A stretch of DNA of 64,000 nucleotides, taken from assembly GCA_002269645.1 (NCBI GenBank), contig NIVC01002733.1, forward strand, positions 62,001-126,000, given 5' to 3'. The notes under the pieces were generated by a model. The model saw only the letters and a list, made by a program, of their open reading frames with translations, searched no databases and was not told the DNA's origin. A program made the translations under genes and the position numbers. Shown in pieces: positions 40,216 through 53,656 of this stretch. Numbering within the stretch: position 1 is the first letter of the stretch; every line of letters begins with the position of its first letter. Source of the DNA: Macrostomum lignano (Eukaryota).

Positions 40216-41040
40216 TTGTCTAGGCCAGCCTCCCAGATCCTCAGTTGCTGTTGCTGGGCCAGCCTCCCACAGTGTCAGTTGCTGGGCCAGCCTCCCAGAT
40301 CCTCAGTTGCTGTTGCTGGGCCAGCCTCCCACAGTGTCAGTTGCTGGGCCAGCCTCCCAGATCCACAGTTGCTGTTGCTGGGCCAGCCAGCCTCCCAGAT
40401 CCTCAGTTGCTGGGCCAGCTTCCCAGATCCTCAGTTGCTAAGCCAGCTTCCCAGATCCTCAGTTGCTGGGCCAGCTTCCCAGATCCTCAGTTGCTGGGCC
40501 AGCCTCCCAAATCCTCAGTTGCTGGGCCAGCTTCCCAAATCCTCAGTTGCTGGGCCAGCCTCCCAGATCCTCAGTTGCTGGGCCAGCCTCCCAGATCCTC
40601 AGTTGCTGGGCCAGCCTCCCAGATCCTCAGTTGCTGGGCCAGCCTCCCAAATCCTTAGTTGCTGGGCCAGCCTCCCAAATCCTCAGTTGCTGGGCCAGCT
40701 TCCCAAATCCTCAGTTGCTGGGCCAGCCTCCCAGATCTTCAGTTGCTGGGCCAGCCTCCCAGATCCTCAGTTGCTGGGCCAGCCTCCCAGATCCTCACTT
40801 GCTGGGCCAGCCTCCCAAATCCTCAGTTGCTGGGCCAGCTTCCCAAATCCTCAGTTGCTGGGCCAGCCTCCCAGATCCTTAGTTGCTGGGCCAGCCTCCC
40901 AAATCCTTAGTTGCTGGGCCAGCCTCCCAAATCTTCAGTTGCTGGGCCAGCCTCCCAAATCCTTAGTTGCTGGGCCAGCCTCCCAAATCCTCAGTTGCTG
41001 GGCCAGCCTCCCAGATCCTCACTTGCTGGGCCAGCCTCCT
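40216..41040. repeat. 28-bp minisatellite
   Basis: Unit gctgggccagcctcccagatcctcagtt, ~29 copies. Confidence 0.97.
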
Positions 41041-43589
41041 AGGAATCCTCATTTCTTGATAAGAAATTTCTGACAGTTGCTACAGCCTGTTCATAGTCGT
41101 GTCATCTGTTGAAGGTGCCGACAGCGTCGGGGTGACGACTGAATGTTTGAGAGACTAGCTGAGGATGTCCCGCAGTTGTGATTTGCCTAATGTCGAGGCT
41201 TGATCAGTGAAACTAGAAATTTGCAACAGCGAGTCAATAGGCACCTGGTGCCATCTGTTGAAGGTCCAGAAGCTCCGCTTGGGTGAAAGCCAGGGACCAA
41301 CAAAGATGCAGACACATGTGGTAGACGTGTTGATGAATTTTGAAGACTTTGGCAAGGCCGCACTGAAACGCAGTGCTGATTGGCGCGCATATGTGTACTG
41401 AATACACTAGCGCTTAATATGGGAAAAATCCGACCTGGCAGAATCGTCGAATATCTATTGTTTGAGAAGGTGCGCAAATAAAGTTAGTCCGTTTTCTTGA
41501 TTATCGTGTGCCTTCAAAACATTTTCTGGGGGGGATTCCTTGGTAGTTCGATGGGCGGAAAAATGACTTGGGATTCCTACTGTTAAAGGGATCAGGCGTT
41601 CGGTCACTTTCCGATTTATGGCAGGCATCGCAGCTCGCGTTTGCCGATATTCGGAGCTTTACCCCGGGCTGCTGCCCGCCTCTCTTGGCGAGTTCATTCA
41701 CCAACTCGATGTCCAGATCACTTTTGATCCTATTGAACATCTGTAACCGCGACTTGGTTGATAGCTTGATAGAGGGCGAGGCATTTTAATAGCAGCCTTA
41801 CTCTCGGAGTAGGGATTTAAATGTCAAAAGTTACTTGTTAGCTTTATCTTTAAGCTAACAGCCTTTACTGCTGGTAATTTTTTGGAGTCTATAGTGAAAG
41901 AAGATTTATGTGCTGCACAGTAGCCGTTCCTGCAGAGCAGGGTCAGCAGCGCTGATCATACGAAAAATGGGTGAAAAAAGTCCCACTTATCTGCAATGGA
42001 ATGCAGCGACTCGGTTTCAGCATTCTCTGTGATGACATCATCAGTCTCAGAATCCGATGAATGCAAAATTTCCATGGTTGTAGCTGATTTACTTTTCAAT
42101 AAAATAATACACTACTCGTATTAAGGAGGTGCAGTGCTTTCTCTTTCAAAAAGGCCTGTTTAAAGTGAACTGTAGTGTCTATTGCTAGATATCGAGTAGT
42201 AGTAGCTCGTACACACTGCATAATCTATATAGAGAGCATTAAGTGAAATGCACTTTGAAACTGCCAAGGACAACTTGATCAAGTTGTCCTTGGAAACTGC
42301 TTTTTTCGACCCTAGATTTATCCAAGCCAAGTATAAAATGCTCCCTTCTCGGCTAGAAAGGCTTTGCACAGCGGCGCATTAAGATTCTAGCTATAGTCTA
42401 TGGTCAGCCTAGCAGACCATGTCGGCAGGAACGGAGCTTCTGTATTTCTAGCTCCGGCGCCAAAAGGCTATACAGCTGCTTAGCACATTGGCTGTTGGCC
42501 GGGATTTGGATTGAAAAATCGAGACATTTCAAATTAGTCAGGTCGTCGCACAAGGATCATTCCTCAGTGAAGCAGTGAATGCTCTGAAGATGAATGACAG
42601 TGAATGACTGCCAGCAGATTGGTGTACTTAAATTCCTTACTGCATGGTAATGAGCGGAGGGCGCTGGCAGTCCACCTCACTAAGGTTGAGATTAGTGTGG
42701 TTAAAGATCGCAACCGTGTCGTTATAATCTGGGGAATAAGTGTCTTCTCAGGCATGAGAGTTACTAATAAATTTATCACAGATAAGGCGCATGCGCATAT
42801 GGCATCATTCACGCAGAGGCATGTTTAGAATTACCCCCCTTCTCCTGAAGAGTCCTCTTTGTCTCTGTATGACCAATGCGGTCCGCAGTCCCAGCAGTGT
42901 CCCTGTTCAGTCCGGCTGCCATTTTCCTAGACTGAAATCCGATCCTTCAAAACAGCTGGTTTGGCTCAGGACATGCAGTTGCAATCGTCACATCTTCGCT
43001 ACTATGGGGCTGATCATCCTCATCAGCTACTGCATACTTAGTCCTACTAAGCTATTCATTCTGGATGCGTATTTCCGGAGTAGCGAAAACATCCCATATA
43101 CTAAAAATGAAAATCTTGCTTGCTTGCTTGTAATCGATTAGAGAAAAAGTGGTTTAACCGATTTTCATGAGACTTGCACTGTTCAATCAGAAATTTTCCC
43201 GGGACGGTACATGTATCTTGGCTAAGAAATTGCTAAATTCTAAAGGGATTAAATATTCGAAAAACATACTTTTTTGCAAAGGTCAAGCAAACTTTTCGAC
43301 TTGAAATGCATTGTAAGAATGCTAGAGAAAAAACTGACGACTGGTTGAATTCTGATTCTGAAATAGATTGCATCATAACTGAAATGTAACTCCGACTTGA
43401 ATTGCGTCACAGTATTGAAAATGCAGTGTGGAAGCGTAGCACCAGACTTGATTTAGATTGCGTAACCATATTCTCAACTTTAATTGAGACTGACACTGAC
43501 TTGCCTGGGAAATTGATTATGTCATAACTGCTTCGTGAGTGAGTGTTGAATTATATAAGTGCTACAATTTCATTTATAAATTCGATAAG

Positions 43590-43660
43590 ATCTAGCCTAG
43601 ATGTGAACAGACTGGACTGCTAATGCAGCGACCTGGGTTCGAATCTTAGTAGTGAAAATT
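43590..43660 (+). pseudogene. tRNA-like fragment inside the Helitron
   Basis: A-box-like TAGCCTAGATG, GGACTGCTAAT anticodon-arm-like, B-box GGTTCGAATC. Confidence 0.5.
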
Positions 43661-43726
43661 TTTTTATTAAAAGCTTTTATTAAAAAAATAATAAAGGACT
43701 AAAGGCGTCATGCAAAAAATCAGAGA

Positions 43727-44710
43727 AGCGTCATGTAAACAATCATAGAAGCGTCATGTAAACAATCATAGAAGCGTCATGTAAAAATCATAGAAGCGTC
43801 ATGTAAACAATCATAGAAGCGTCATGTAAAAATCATAGAAGCGTCATGTAAAAATCATAAAAGCGTCATGTAAACAATCTTAGAAGCGTCATGTAAACAA
43901 TCTTAGAAGCGTCATGTAAACATCATAGAAGCGTCATGTAAAAATCATAAAAGCGTCATGTAAACAATCATACAAGCGTCATGTAAAAAATCATAGAAGC
44001 GTCATGTAAACATCATAGAAGCGTCATGTAAACATCATAGAAGCGTCATGTAAAAATCATAGAAGCGCATCCTGCAAAAATCGTAGAGGCGTCATGTAAA
44101 CAATCATAGAAGCGTCATGTAAAAATCATAGTGAGTAGAAGCGTCATGTAAAAAGTCATAGAAGCGTCATGTAAACAATATTAGAAGCGTCATGTAAAAA
44201 TCATAGAAGCGTCATGTAAAAATCATAAAAGCGTCATGTAAACAATCTTAGAAGCGTCATGTAAACAATCATAGAAGCGTCATGTAAAAATCATAGAAGC
44301 GTCATGTAAAAATCATAAAAGCGTCATGTAAACAATCTTAGAAGCGTCATGTAAACAATCATAGAAGCGTCATGTAAAAAATCATAGAAGCGTCATGTAA
44401 ACAATCATACAAGCGTCATGTAAAAAATCATAGAAGCGTCATGAAACAATCATAGAAGCGTCATGTAAACAATCATAGAAGCATCCTGCAAAAATCGTAG
44501 AAGCGTCATGAAAAAAATCATCGAAGCGTCATGTAAAAATCATAGAAGCGTCATGTAAAAATCATAGAAGCGTCATGTAAAAAATCATAGAAGCGTCATG
44601 TAAAAAATTATAGAAGCGTCATGTAAACAATCATAAAAGCGTCATGTAAAAATCATAGAAGCGTCATGTAAAAAATCATAGAAGCGTCATGAAAAAATCA
44701 TAGAAGCCTC
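43727..44710. repeat. 22-24-bp minisatellite inside the Helitron
   Basis: Unit agaagcgtcatgtaaacaatcat. Confidence 0.95.
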
Positions 44711-45600
44711 ATTTTAAAACTAATGAAAGTGTCATTTAAAAAATTAAGAAGCATCATAGTAGAATAAAAGAAGCGTCATGTCAGACATGAAGGGTGTCAT
44801 GTAAAAATTAAATGAAGCTATAGTGCTGTGCTGGGGAGAAAAACTGTGACGTCAAGGCTCACAGAGAATAACTGAGATTACGGGGGGGGGGGGTTCTGAG
44901 ATGTCAAAGCAAAAGTCAGATGCTACTTCAAAGTTCATGTACTTTACTCCATTTTTTATTACATTCTTTGTTGGCTCGCCACGGGGGGGTGCTGATAGAA
45001 GAAGAGTCATGTAAAAAATAAAAGTAGCACTAAGTATACATAAAAGAAAAGTCATGTCGAAGTTAAAAGATTCATTTGGGAATGGCTACGATGTCAAAGC
45101 TTGGTGGAAATCGTTATAGTGCTGTGATTCTTAAAGAAGGAATCACTAAAATGTCAAGGCTTAGGGGAGAAGAATTGCTTTAGGTTGGGTTAAAGTTAGG
45201 TTTAGGTCAGGTGTGGGTTGAGGGTTATATTTTATCGGGTTTCAAGGTTAACAGGGGATTTTTTAGATTTCAAGGTTTATGGGGGCCATCGCCGACATGT
45301 CAAGGCTTACGGGGTGAATAGCTGAGATGTCAGGGCTCACGGGGGTATAAATGAGATTTCAAGGCTAAAGTCAGAAGCTACATGTAGTTTATTGAAAACT
45401 TTTTATTCCATTATTTGATGCCTCCTCAGGGGAGGGATTGCTGATAAAAAAAGCGTAATGTAGAAAATAAAAGAAGCTTCATGTCGAAGTTAAGAGATTC
45501 ATTTGGGAATCCCTACGATGTCGAGGCTTGCAGGGAATCGCTATAATGCTGTAGTAGTGCTATAATGACTCTTAGAGAGAATTACTGAAATGTCAATGCT

Positions 45601-45668
45601 TTAGGGTTAGGTTAGGGTTAGGGTTAGGGTTAGGGTTAGGGTTAGGCTAGGGTTAGGGTTAGGGTTAG
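45601..45668 (+). repeat. Interstitial telomeric repeat (TTAGGG)~11
   Basis: Near-perfect TTAGGG run. Confidence 0.95.
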
Positions 45669-46063
45669 AAGGTTGACAGATATTTTTAGATTTCCAAGGC
45701 TTATTGGGGGCATTGCTGAGATGTCAAGGGGGGAAGTTGATATGTTAAAGCTTGTGGGGGGGAATTACTGACATGTCAAGGCTTACAAGGTTTGACAGGA
45801 GATTTTTTAAGATTTCAAGGATACATGTAGCTTATTAAAAAAACATGTATTGCATTTTTTGGCTCCCCAACGGGGGGCGTAGATTGCTAGTCCACGGCTT
45901 AAAATTCAGAAAAAAGAATTATTTTTGATTGCCGATTAACTTAATTAGCGAAACTCTTAGGCGATTCGCTTGGACGAGACGAGTGGCTTCGGTTCTTTAA
46001 ACGAGAGATAAGGCGGTAGAATTCAGTATTGCACAGTTAGCAGCTATGCAATAGCTATGCTCC

Positions 46064-46768
46064 TCAGTACTTCTTGACGAACTTGGCCCAGCTCAGGTCG
46101 GTCTCGATGGCGTCGCCGACGCTCGAGTCAGCGAAGTCCAGCATGCGGCAGGCGCCGCTGGCCCGTTTGAACAGGACGGCCCGGCACTCCCAGCGATGCA
46201 CGCAGAGCCACAGGCAGTGAAGCTCCGAGCTCACCGAGGCGTCAGTGTAGCAGTAGACAGGACTGATGTTGCCCAGCCTCAGGAACTCTGCTGGCTCCAG
46301 GTACTCGCTGTTCGGCGTCGCGATCGGCTGGCAGACGAACTGTGTACGCCCAGACCCTGGTTGGTCCCGCAAACCAGCAATGCTGACCGCTAAAAAATCA
46401 TCATCTGCTGAATAGCGGTTCGGCAAGCCAGACTTCCAGTCGCTGTCATCCAAAGTCGGAAACAGCGAGCCGTTGGCGAATCTCCAGCCGCTGCGAGACG
46501 TGCCCGCCTCAACCAGGAGGTCCGTCACTCCGATGAAGTAATAATCAAGCCAGTGATTGACAGCTCGGATGGCAGTCAGGTCCATCAGCAGCTCTCCGCC
46601 GATGCCCAGGCACAGTCTGGCTGCGTCGCACCAGCTGGAAACGCTGGGGTTGTTGCCGATGAAGACGCAGCTGCCCAGCCTGTCGATGAACGGAGCGACG
46701 CAGGCGGCAGAGGCGAGAGCTGCCAGCCCCGCAAACAGCGTCAGCTTGAGCAGCTGCTTCGGTAGCAT
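46064..46768 (-). CDS. Secreted C-type lectin-like + PAN/apple domain protein, copy 1 (234 aa, intronless)
   Basis: Signal peptide; CTL motifs SWCDAARLC..GGEL, FIGVTD, GWRFANG, QFVCQ; PAN-type HCLWLC...CRAVLF...ACRML. Confidence 0.88.
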   Translation of the reverse strand: MLPKQLLKLTLFAGLAALASAACVAPFIDRLGSCVFIGNNPSVSSWCDAARLCLGIGGELLMDLTAIRAVNHWLDYYFIGVTDLLVEAGTSRSGWRFANGSLFPTLDDSDWKSGLPNRYSADDDFLAVSIAGLRDQPGSGRTQFVCQPIATPNSEYLEPAEFLRLGNISPVYCYTDASVSSELHCLWLCVHRWECRAVLFKRASGACRMLDFADSSVGDAIETDLSWAKFVKKY

Positions 46769-46889
46769 CAGCGAGTCTCAAGTCAGTCAGCTTGGAGCAG
46801 CTTAATTTGTGAGCAATTTGAAATATTCTTGGTTGCAAACTAGTGGTATTTCTGCAAAATGTGAGGTTAAATCTACAGTCAGTCTGTAC

Positions 46890-46990
46890 GCTCGCTTTTA
46901 TAGAGAGCTGCAGCCAATGACTCGTAGCCAACCAATCGTCCAGTGCAGCAGCGCCGACTTCGGAGACTGGCTTTGAAAGGCGCCCAATAG
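46890..46990 (-). promoter_or_regulatory. Probable lectin promoter: TATA box plus several CCAAT boxes
   Basis: TATAAAA on minus at ~46896-46902, ~130 bp upstream of ATG, with CCAAT motifs beyond it; same layout upstream of copies 2 and 4. Confidence 0.55.
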
Positions 46991-48206
46991 GTTTCCCAGC
47001 ATTTTTGCCTCGACCCATAGCTGCTAAACAAGTAAAGAAGTTAATTTTTTTAATTAACTGACTAAAGAGGTTTGTAGGAGACTATTAAAATAAAATAAAT
47101 TTAAAAAATATCGCAGAGTGGGGCCGTATAGTCTATCGCTGCAATCTGATGAGCCAGCGGCCCAGGCTCGATTCCAACTGCAGTCGCATTAATTTGGGGC
47201 TAAATTGGAATCTCGGCTTTGCAACTCGATCGCTCGAACGTACTGGGTCTGGGTGGTGGTTTTCCATGTTGCTGAGTAAAAATAAACGATAAAGTTGAGT
47301 ACTCTTCGCACTTTTGCAGTTCCGGCGAACCCAACATGTTGAGTAGTTGAGTCTAGACGAGCCCTTGATGAGACATTCCATGCATATTAATGCAGTTCGG
47401 GAATCATTACTAATGCATATACCAGGTATTTAGCGAAATTGTATATTGCCGCAAAGTGACCCAATAAGCGCGTTTAAATTACATGTAAAACTGTAAAGTG
47501 GTAAGTAAAAAATACACCCAGCAACAGTTAACCCTTCCCCGAAATCATGTGCAGGGACCACTAGCAAGTAAAAGGGTTGCCACTCGTCAGCACCCCACTG
47601 AACTCTTCGCTTTCCGAAGTCCCAGATATGCTCGGTGGGGTTCCTGTCTTGCTATGTCTGGAGTTAAGCTGCTGCTGGGTATAAAACCTTCACTGGCTGA
47701 CTCAAGAAACGAGAGAGAGAATTTATCTAAGCCGTCAATCGTCAGTCCTAAAACTGCGTGGATTAGATGAAAATGCGCTTGACAAGAAAATATCTGTCTT
47801 TTGCCACAATATGGGAACTTTCTCAGTCTGTTTAGATTGATTGGCATTTAATAACATATGAAAGCTGACGGAACAATTGAGAGAATAAAAAAATTGTTGG
47901 CAAATAGCAGCGAGTTAAGTCAATCGATCGCACAGTCTTCTTGATTTTGTCTCGATCAAGTCTACTGACAGTCGTGTCAACATTGACATATTGAAAGCAG
48001 CTCCTACTGAGTCTGACAAGAGGAAAACCTCTCTGCTTACTTTGCTAAAACAATGCGAGATGCTTCCCAGACTCCTATTCAGCCTCATGTGTCAGAGCCG
48101 TTCAAACTTGACTTTTTCGACAAGACTTGTCAGTTTTGTGACTTCGACGCTTTGTTACCTTTAGCTTTAGCCACGACTAACCTACCTTTCCTATGTGTCC
48201 TTCAAT

Positions 48207-48500
48207 CAGGGGCGTCGCAATGGATTTTATGATGGGGGGAAGAAGCCAAAAATTCTACATTACTAAATTCCTAAATTATTTTGGGAATGGGTGTTGTTAG
48301 CACTCATTTTGGCGCCGCAGGCACTCATTTGGCGCTGCAGGCACTCATTTGGCGCTGCAGGCACTCATTTTGGCGCTGCAGGCACTCATTTTGGCGCCGC
48401 AGGCACTCATTTTAGCGCCGAAGCGCTATATTTTGTCGGCCTGAAGCAAAATTATTGATTCCCATATCGAGTGGTAATTTGCAACGATTGCCAGCCCCTA
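48207..48500 (+). mobile_element. hAT-like MITE, degenerate, with internal 21-bp repeats
   Basis: Starts caggggcgtcgcaatggattttatgatggggg like the 58016 element; internal gcaggcactcattttggcgcc repeats; right end uncertain. Confidence 0.6.
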
Positions 48501-49419
48501 TCTGCCTAGGTACGTCACGATTTACAAGTGCTTATCCAGTTTGTGTGATTAATTTGCAACGCTTAGAAAGTAAATCAACAGGGGTATTACCTTTGATTTA
48601 CCTTTATCAAAGGTAGTACCCCTTGAATTACCTTGACATGCATGCAGATCTTTCAAGCAGGAACTGAGCTCTTGTACTTGGGATTATACTTCATAAGCGT
48701 CCAATGTTTAAGGCTTGACGCAATACACCAGCACAATATGAGTGCTCATACGTTTGAGGAAGCATTAACAGTTGTTTCAGACGCAGCTATGAACAAGGAC
48801 CACTGTAAGTATAACAGGACGTAAAACTCACTGATCGCGTAATTTTTAGGAGGCCAAGTTTCTGAAAAAATACACTGCAGAAATAGGAAAATGCCTTTTC
48901 ATCACATCATCAATGACTGCATTTTATCTGGTGCAGTGAAGAATACCATTTCTTTAATTTAGTATGCGCAACGTGTTACTCTGTTATATTTTATATAACT
49001 GTATAGAGAAACCTTCATTTTCATATTCTTTTATTTTTATTCCATAAGCCCAATTGAAAGTTTTAAATATTCGCAAGTGAAAGTTTAGTTGCTTGAAATA
49101 AGCTTCCGCAGCGTACTTTTTACAGTGAATTGGTCTCCTAAAAATTACAATCTTTGAGTTTTACGTCCTGTTATACTGAGAGCTACAGTGGTCCTTGGCT
49201 ATGGACTGCAGCTATGAGCAGTGATCCGCCTTGCCCAATGATACGGCACCCTGACTTTTCCCTTGAATTGTACACGCGTTAAGCGATTTTCAACTGCTCC
49301 GGAAGCTGACTGATGCTTTTGATGAAGCGCTGGAGGGAGCCGGTGTCCGCTTCTGGGCCTCGACTAACAACCCCATTTGGGTTCAGGATCCGTTCTGGCT
49401 TCTGTCGTCTCTGTTGACA

Positions 49420-50890
49420 GAGTGGATGGCATGGTGAGATTTAGAGAGTGGATAAGGGTGAGATGTAGAGAGTGGATAGGAGGGAGAGATGTAGAGAGTG
49501 GATAGGAGGGTGAGATGTAGAGAGTGGATAAAATGGTGAGATTTAGAGAGAGAGTGGATAGTAGGGTGAGATGTAAATAGTGGATAGTGAGGTGTGATGT
49601 AGATAGTGGATAGAAGGGTGTAGAGAGAGAGAGTGGATAGGAGGGTGAGATGTAGATAGTGGATAGGAGGGTGAGATGTAGATAGTGGATAGGAAGGTGA
49701 GATGCAGAGAGAGAGAGTGGATAGGAGGGTGAGATTTAGAGAGAGAGAGTGGATAGGAGGGTGAGATTTAGAGAGAGAGAGTGGATAGGAAGGGTGTGAT
49801 GTAGATAGTGGATAGTGGGGTGTGATGTAGATAGTGGATAGAAGGGTGTAGTGAGAAAGAGAGAGTGGATGGTAGGGTGAGATGTCAAGTGTGGATAGGA
49901 GGGTGAGATGTAGATAGTGGATAGGAGGGTGAGATGTAGATAGTGGATAGGAGGGTGACATGTAGATAGTGGATAGGAGGGTGAGATGTAGATAGTGGAT
50001 AGGAGGGTGAGATGTTGATAGTTGATAGGAGGGTGAGATGTAGATAGTGGATAGGAGGGTGACATGTAGATAGTGGATAGGAGGGTGACATGTAGATAGT
50101 GGATAGGAGGGTGAGATGTAGATAGTGGATAGGAGGGTGAGATGTAGAGAGAGAGAGTGGATAGTAGGGTGAGATGTCAAGTGTGGATAGGAGGGTGAGA
50201 TGTAGATAGTGGATAGGAGGGTGAGATGTAGAGAGAGAGTGGATAGTAGGGTGAGATGTCAAGTGTGGATAGGAGGGTGAGATGTAGATAGTGGATAGGA
50301 GGGTGAGATGTAGATAGTGGATAGGAGGGTGACATGTAGATAGTGGATAGGAGGGTGAGATGTAGAGAGAGTGGATAGTAGGCTGAGATGTCAAGTGTGG
50401 ATAGGAGGGTGAGATGTAGATAGTGGATAGGAGGGTGACATGTAGATAGTGGATAGGAGGGTGACATGTAGATAGTGGATAGGAGGGTGAGATGCAGATA
50501 GTGGATAGGAGGGTGTGATGTAGAGAGAGAGTGGATAGGATGGTGAGATGTCAAAAGTGGATAGGAGGGTGAGATGTAGAGAGAGAGTGGATAGGAGGGT
50601 GAGATGTCAAAAGTGGATAGGAGGGTGTGATGTAGAGAGAGAGTGGATAGGAGGGTGTGATGTAGAGAGAGAGTGGATAGGAGGGTGAGATGTCAAAAGT
50701 GGATAGGAGGGTGTGATGTAGAGAGAGAGAGTGGATAGGAGGGTGAGATGTCAAAAGTGGATAGGAGGGTGTGATGTAGAGAGAGAGTGGATAGGAGGGT
50801 GAGATGTCAAAAGTGGATAGGAGGGTGTGATGTAGAGAGAGAGTGGATAGGAGGGTGAGATGTCAAAAGTGGATAGGAGGGTTAGATGTA
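49420..50890. repeat. ~26-bp purine-rich minisatellite
   Basis: Unit gtggataggagggtgagatgtagata with variants. Confidence 0.95.
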
Positions 50891-51061
50891 GAGAAAGAAA
50901 ACAGACAGAGAGGAGGGCACCTCCAATCTCAGGCACTGACTCGATAAAAAGGACTGATGAAAGTCAGTTCAGTTTAATTTGCCGATATCTCGAATATTGT
51001 ATATTCTTCGTCAGGGCAGATTGCAATATTAAAAGGCGATAACGCCAGGGAGGGAAATCGT

Positions 51062-52050
51062 TATGGAGGCTCCTCCCCTTGGTGCAGGCGGGCAGCACCG
51101 GGGGCTCGCAGTGCCGAGTCACCCTGTCCTTCACCTTGGCAGCCAGGGCGTCGGAGATCGCACAGTGCGACAGGATCAGCGGGACGACCGGGTTGTGCAG
51201 TACGCCGGCAAGTTCGTTGGCGCCGTGTGGAATTTTGAGTCCTCAGGACCTCGATGAGCTTGGCCTCCTGGCGCTGACGCCGCTCGTTAGCTCTGGGTCC
51301 TGTGCCCTCCCGTGTCCAGATGCCGGTGAAGGCGAAGTCCGCCAGGCTGTGGCCACCGCAGTGTCGCGGACGTGCCAAATGTCGCCGATGTGCGCCAGCA
51401 TGCGACCGCGGATGCTGTTGACAGTCTCGCTGACGTAGACCGTGTGGTCGCACCGGCGGCAGACACGGCATAGACGGCGTTCGTGGCGTTACAGTCGATT
51501 CTTTGGCTGATGAGTATCTGTACGGTGGTGCCTGCGGAACCGGGGCAGACGGTGCTGAACTGGGCGTGCGCCTGGCAGCACTTGCAGAGCCGGGCCGGGT
51601 TGCACGGCAGAAAGCCGAACTCCCACCGACTGGTCGGGTAGAAGCCCAGCTCAGTCAGCACGTCGTACTTGATGGTGCGGAGGAAACGCCGGCTGTAGCC
51701 TTGGTGCTGCACCAGATTCGACCTCAGCCCGGTGCACGCTGCGTCGAAGTCGGCCATCCGAGCGCACCACCGGGCGTACCTGATGAGCTGGGACTTCACC
51801 ACGCCTTGGAAAGTCCGCTTAGGATGGAAGGAGCCGCGATGGATGAGGGCTCGGCTGTCGGTGGGCTTGAAGTACACCATAATTGCCAGGCTCTCGCTGT
51901 CGCCACCGCGGTCCCAGAAGACGGTGGTGTCAAGGAAGTAGACCTGTGTACTGCTGTAGCTCAGTTGAATCCGGATGTTCGGGTCGAGGGTGTCCAGGTG
52001 TTGGTGGAACTTGACCTGCTCCGCCTCGGTGCCCCGCCACACTCCAAAGT
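51062..52050 (-). mobile_element. 5'-truncated Penelope-like retroelement (RT C-terminus + GIY-YIG endonuclease), frameshifted
   Basis: VYFLDTTV...VYFKPTDSRALIHRGSFHPKRTFQGVVKSQLIRY, then NAVY..CRRCDHTVYVSETVNSIRGRMLAH and RRQRQEAKLIEVLRT across two frameshifts. Confidence 0.9.
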
Positions 52051-52065
52051 AAATATAAGGAGGGT

Positions 52066-52330
<265 letters not shown>

Positions 52331-52951
52331 TGAATAGTAGGTTGAAATGTAGAGAGTGGATAGGAGGGTGGGACAGACAGCAACACAGCCTGTGAGCTCG
52401 TAGACAGTTGCGCAATGCAACGTGCTCCCTAGTAGAAAGGAACTCAGTAAAGTTTCTGTCCCAACAGACAGGGCTGGACATGTACAGAGCAGACAGTGTT
52501 TGAATAATATGTGAACACTTCTGTGAAAAATTAACACTTTGGTACGACCATTGACAAATTGACAATACTTAAACCAATGGCCGTGACCAGCATTTAAAGA
52601 TTGACAGCAAAAAGACTCAAGTTGGCAGGTCAACTCCCTAGTTAGAAATCAGATTCCTTCGAAAAACCTTGTTGGCTTAGGACATATAGCTCTAATCGTC
52701 ACATCTTTGCTACCTTGATCAGCAATCTTACTCTGCTGTTCATTCTGGATGCCACAGGACCTGTCTTCGGTAGAATATTCCGAAGAAAAAGATGTGAAGA
52801 TATTTTTCTTGCCGATGGCTTTCTGCCAAAGTAATTAGAGAAACTCTTCAGGGATTCGCGTAGACGAGACGAGTGGCTTCGGTTCTTTAAACGAGAGATA
52901 AGGCGGTAGAATTCAGTATTGCACAGTTAGCAGCTATGCAATAGCTACGTC

Positions 52952-53656
52952 TCAGTACACCTTGACGAACTTGGCCCAGCTCGGGTCGGTCTCGATGGCG
53001 TCGCCGACGCTCGAGTCAGCGAAGTCCAGCATGCGGCAGGCGCCGCTGGCCCGGTTGAACAGGACGGCCCGGCACTCCCAGCGCTGCACGCAGAGCCAAA
53101 GGCAGTGAAGCTCCGAGCTCACCGAGGCGTCAGTGTAGCAGTAGACAGGACTGATGTTGCCCAGCCTCAGGAACTCTGCTGGCTCCAGGTACTCGCTGTT
53201 CGGCGTCGCGATCGGCTGGCAGACGAACTGTGTACGCCCAGACCCTGGTTGGTCCCGCAAACCAGCAATGCTGACCGCTAAAAAATCATCATCTGCTGAA
53301 TAGCGGTTCGGCAAGCCAGACTTCCAGTCGCTGTCATCCAAAGTCGGAAACAGCGAGCCGTTGGCGAATCTCCAGCCGCTGCGAGACCTGCCCGCCTCAA
53401 CCAGGAGGTCCGTCACTCCGATGAAGTAATAATCAATCCAGTGATTGACGGCTCGGATGGCAGTCAGGTCCATCAGCAGCTCTCCGCCGATGCCCAGGCA
53501 CAGTCTGGCTGCGTCGCACCAGCTGGAAACGCTGGGGTTGTTGCCGATGAAGACGCAGCTGCCCAGCCTGTCGATGAACGGAGCGACGCAGGCGGCAGAG
53601 GCGAGAGCTGCCAGCCCCGCAAACAGCGTCAGCTTGAGCAGCTGCTTCGGTAGCAT
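52952..53656 (-). CDS. C-type lectin-like + PAN/apple protein, copy 2 (234 aa)
   Basis: Intact ORF, 6 aa differences from copy 1. Confidence 0.88.
   Translation of the reverse strand: MLPKQLLKLTLFAGLAALASAACVAPFIDRLGSCVFIGNNPSVSSWCDAARLCLGIGGELLMDLTAIRAVNHWIDYYFIGVTDLLVEAGRSRSGWRFANGSLFPTLDDSDWKSGLPNRYSADDDFLAVSIAGLRDQPGSGRTQFVCQPIATPNSEYLEPAEFLRLGNISPVYCYTDASVSSELHCLWLCVQRWECRAVLFNRASGACRMLDFADSSVGDAIETDPSWAKFVKVY

Larger units (their letters stand above)
43092..45890 (+). mobile_element. Non-autonomous Helitron (~2.8 kb)
   Basis: 5' A|TCCCATATACTAAAAATGAAA followed by (CTTG)n and accgattttcatg; 3' GC hairpin gctccccaacggggggc, then CTAG|T at 45887-45891. Absent from the paralogous lectin 3' flank at ~52750-52800. 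Confidence 0.72.

Noticed and set aside
33059-41073. Long ORFs such as (STPQILS)n, (SRTQDLG)n, (LALYTLHWHSTPS)n and (CWASLPDPQLLGQ)n
   Set aside because: Translations of stop-free minisatellites, open in several frames and on both strands; no coding evidence.
41074-42830. Short ORFs on both strands (41155-41789, 42564-42828)
   Set aside because: No recognisable motifs and no phase-consistent exon chain.
19833-43660. Functional tRNA genes at 19833 and 43590
   Set aside because: A/B boxes are present but the acceptor and anticodon stems do not pair properly.
45601-45668. A true chromosome end
   Set aside because: Only ~11 units, flanked on both sides by Helitron-internal sequence.
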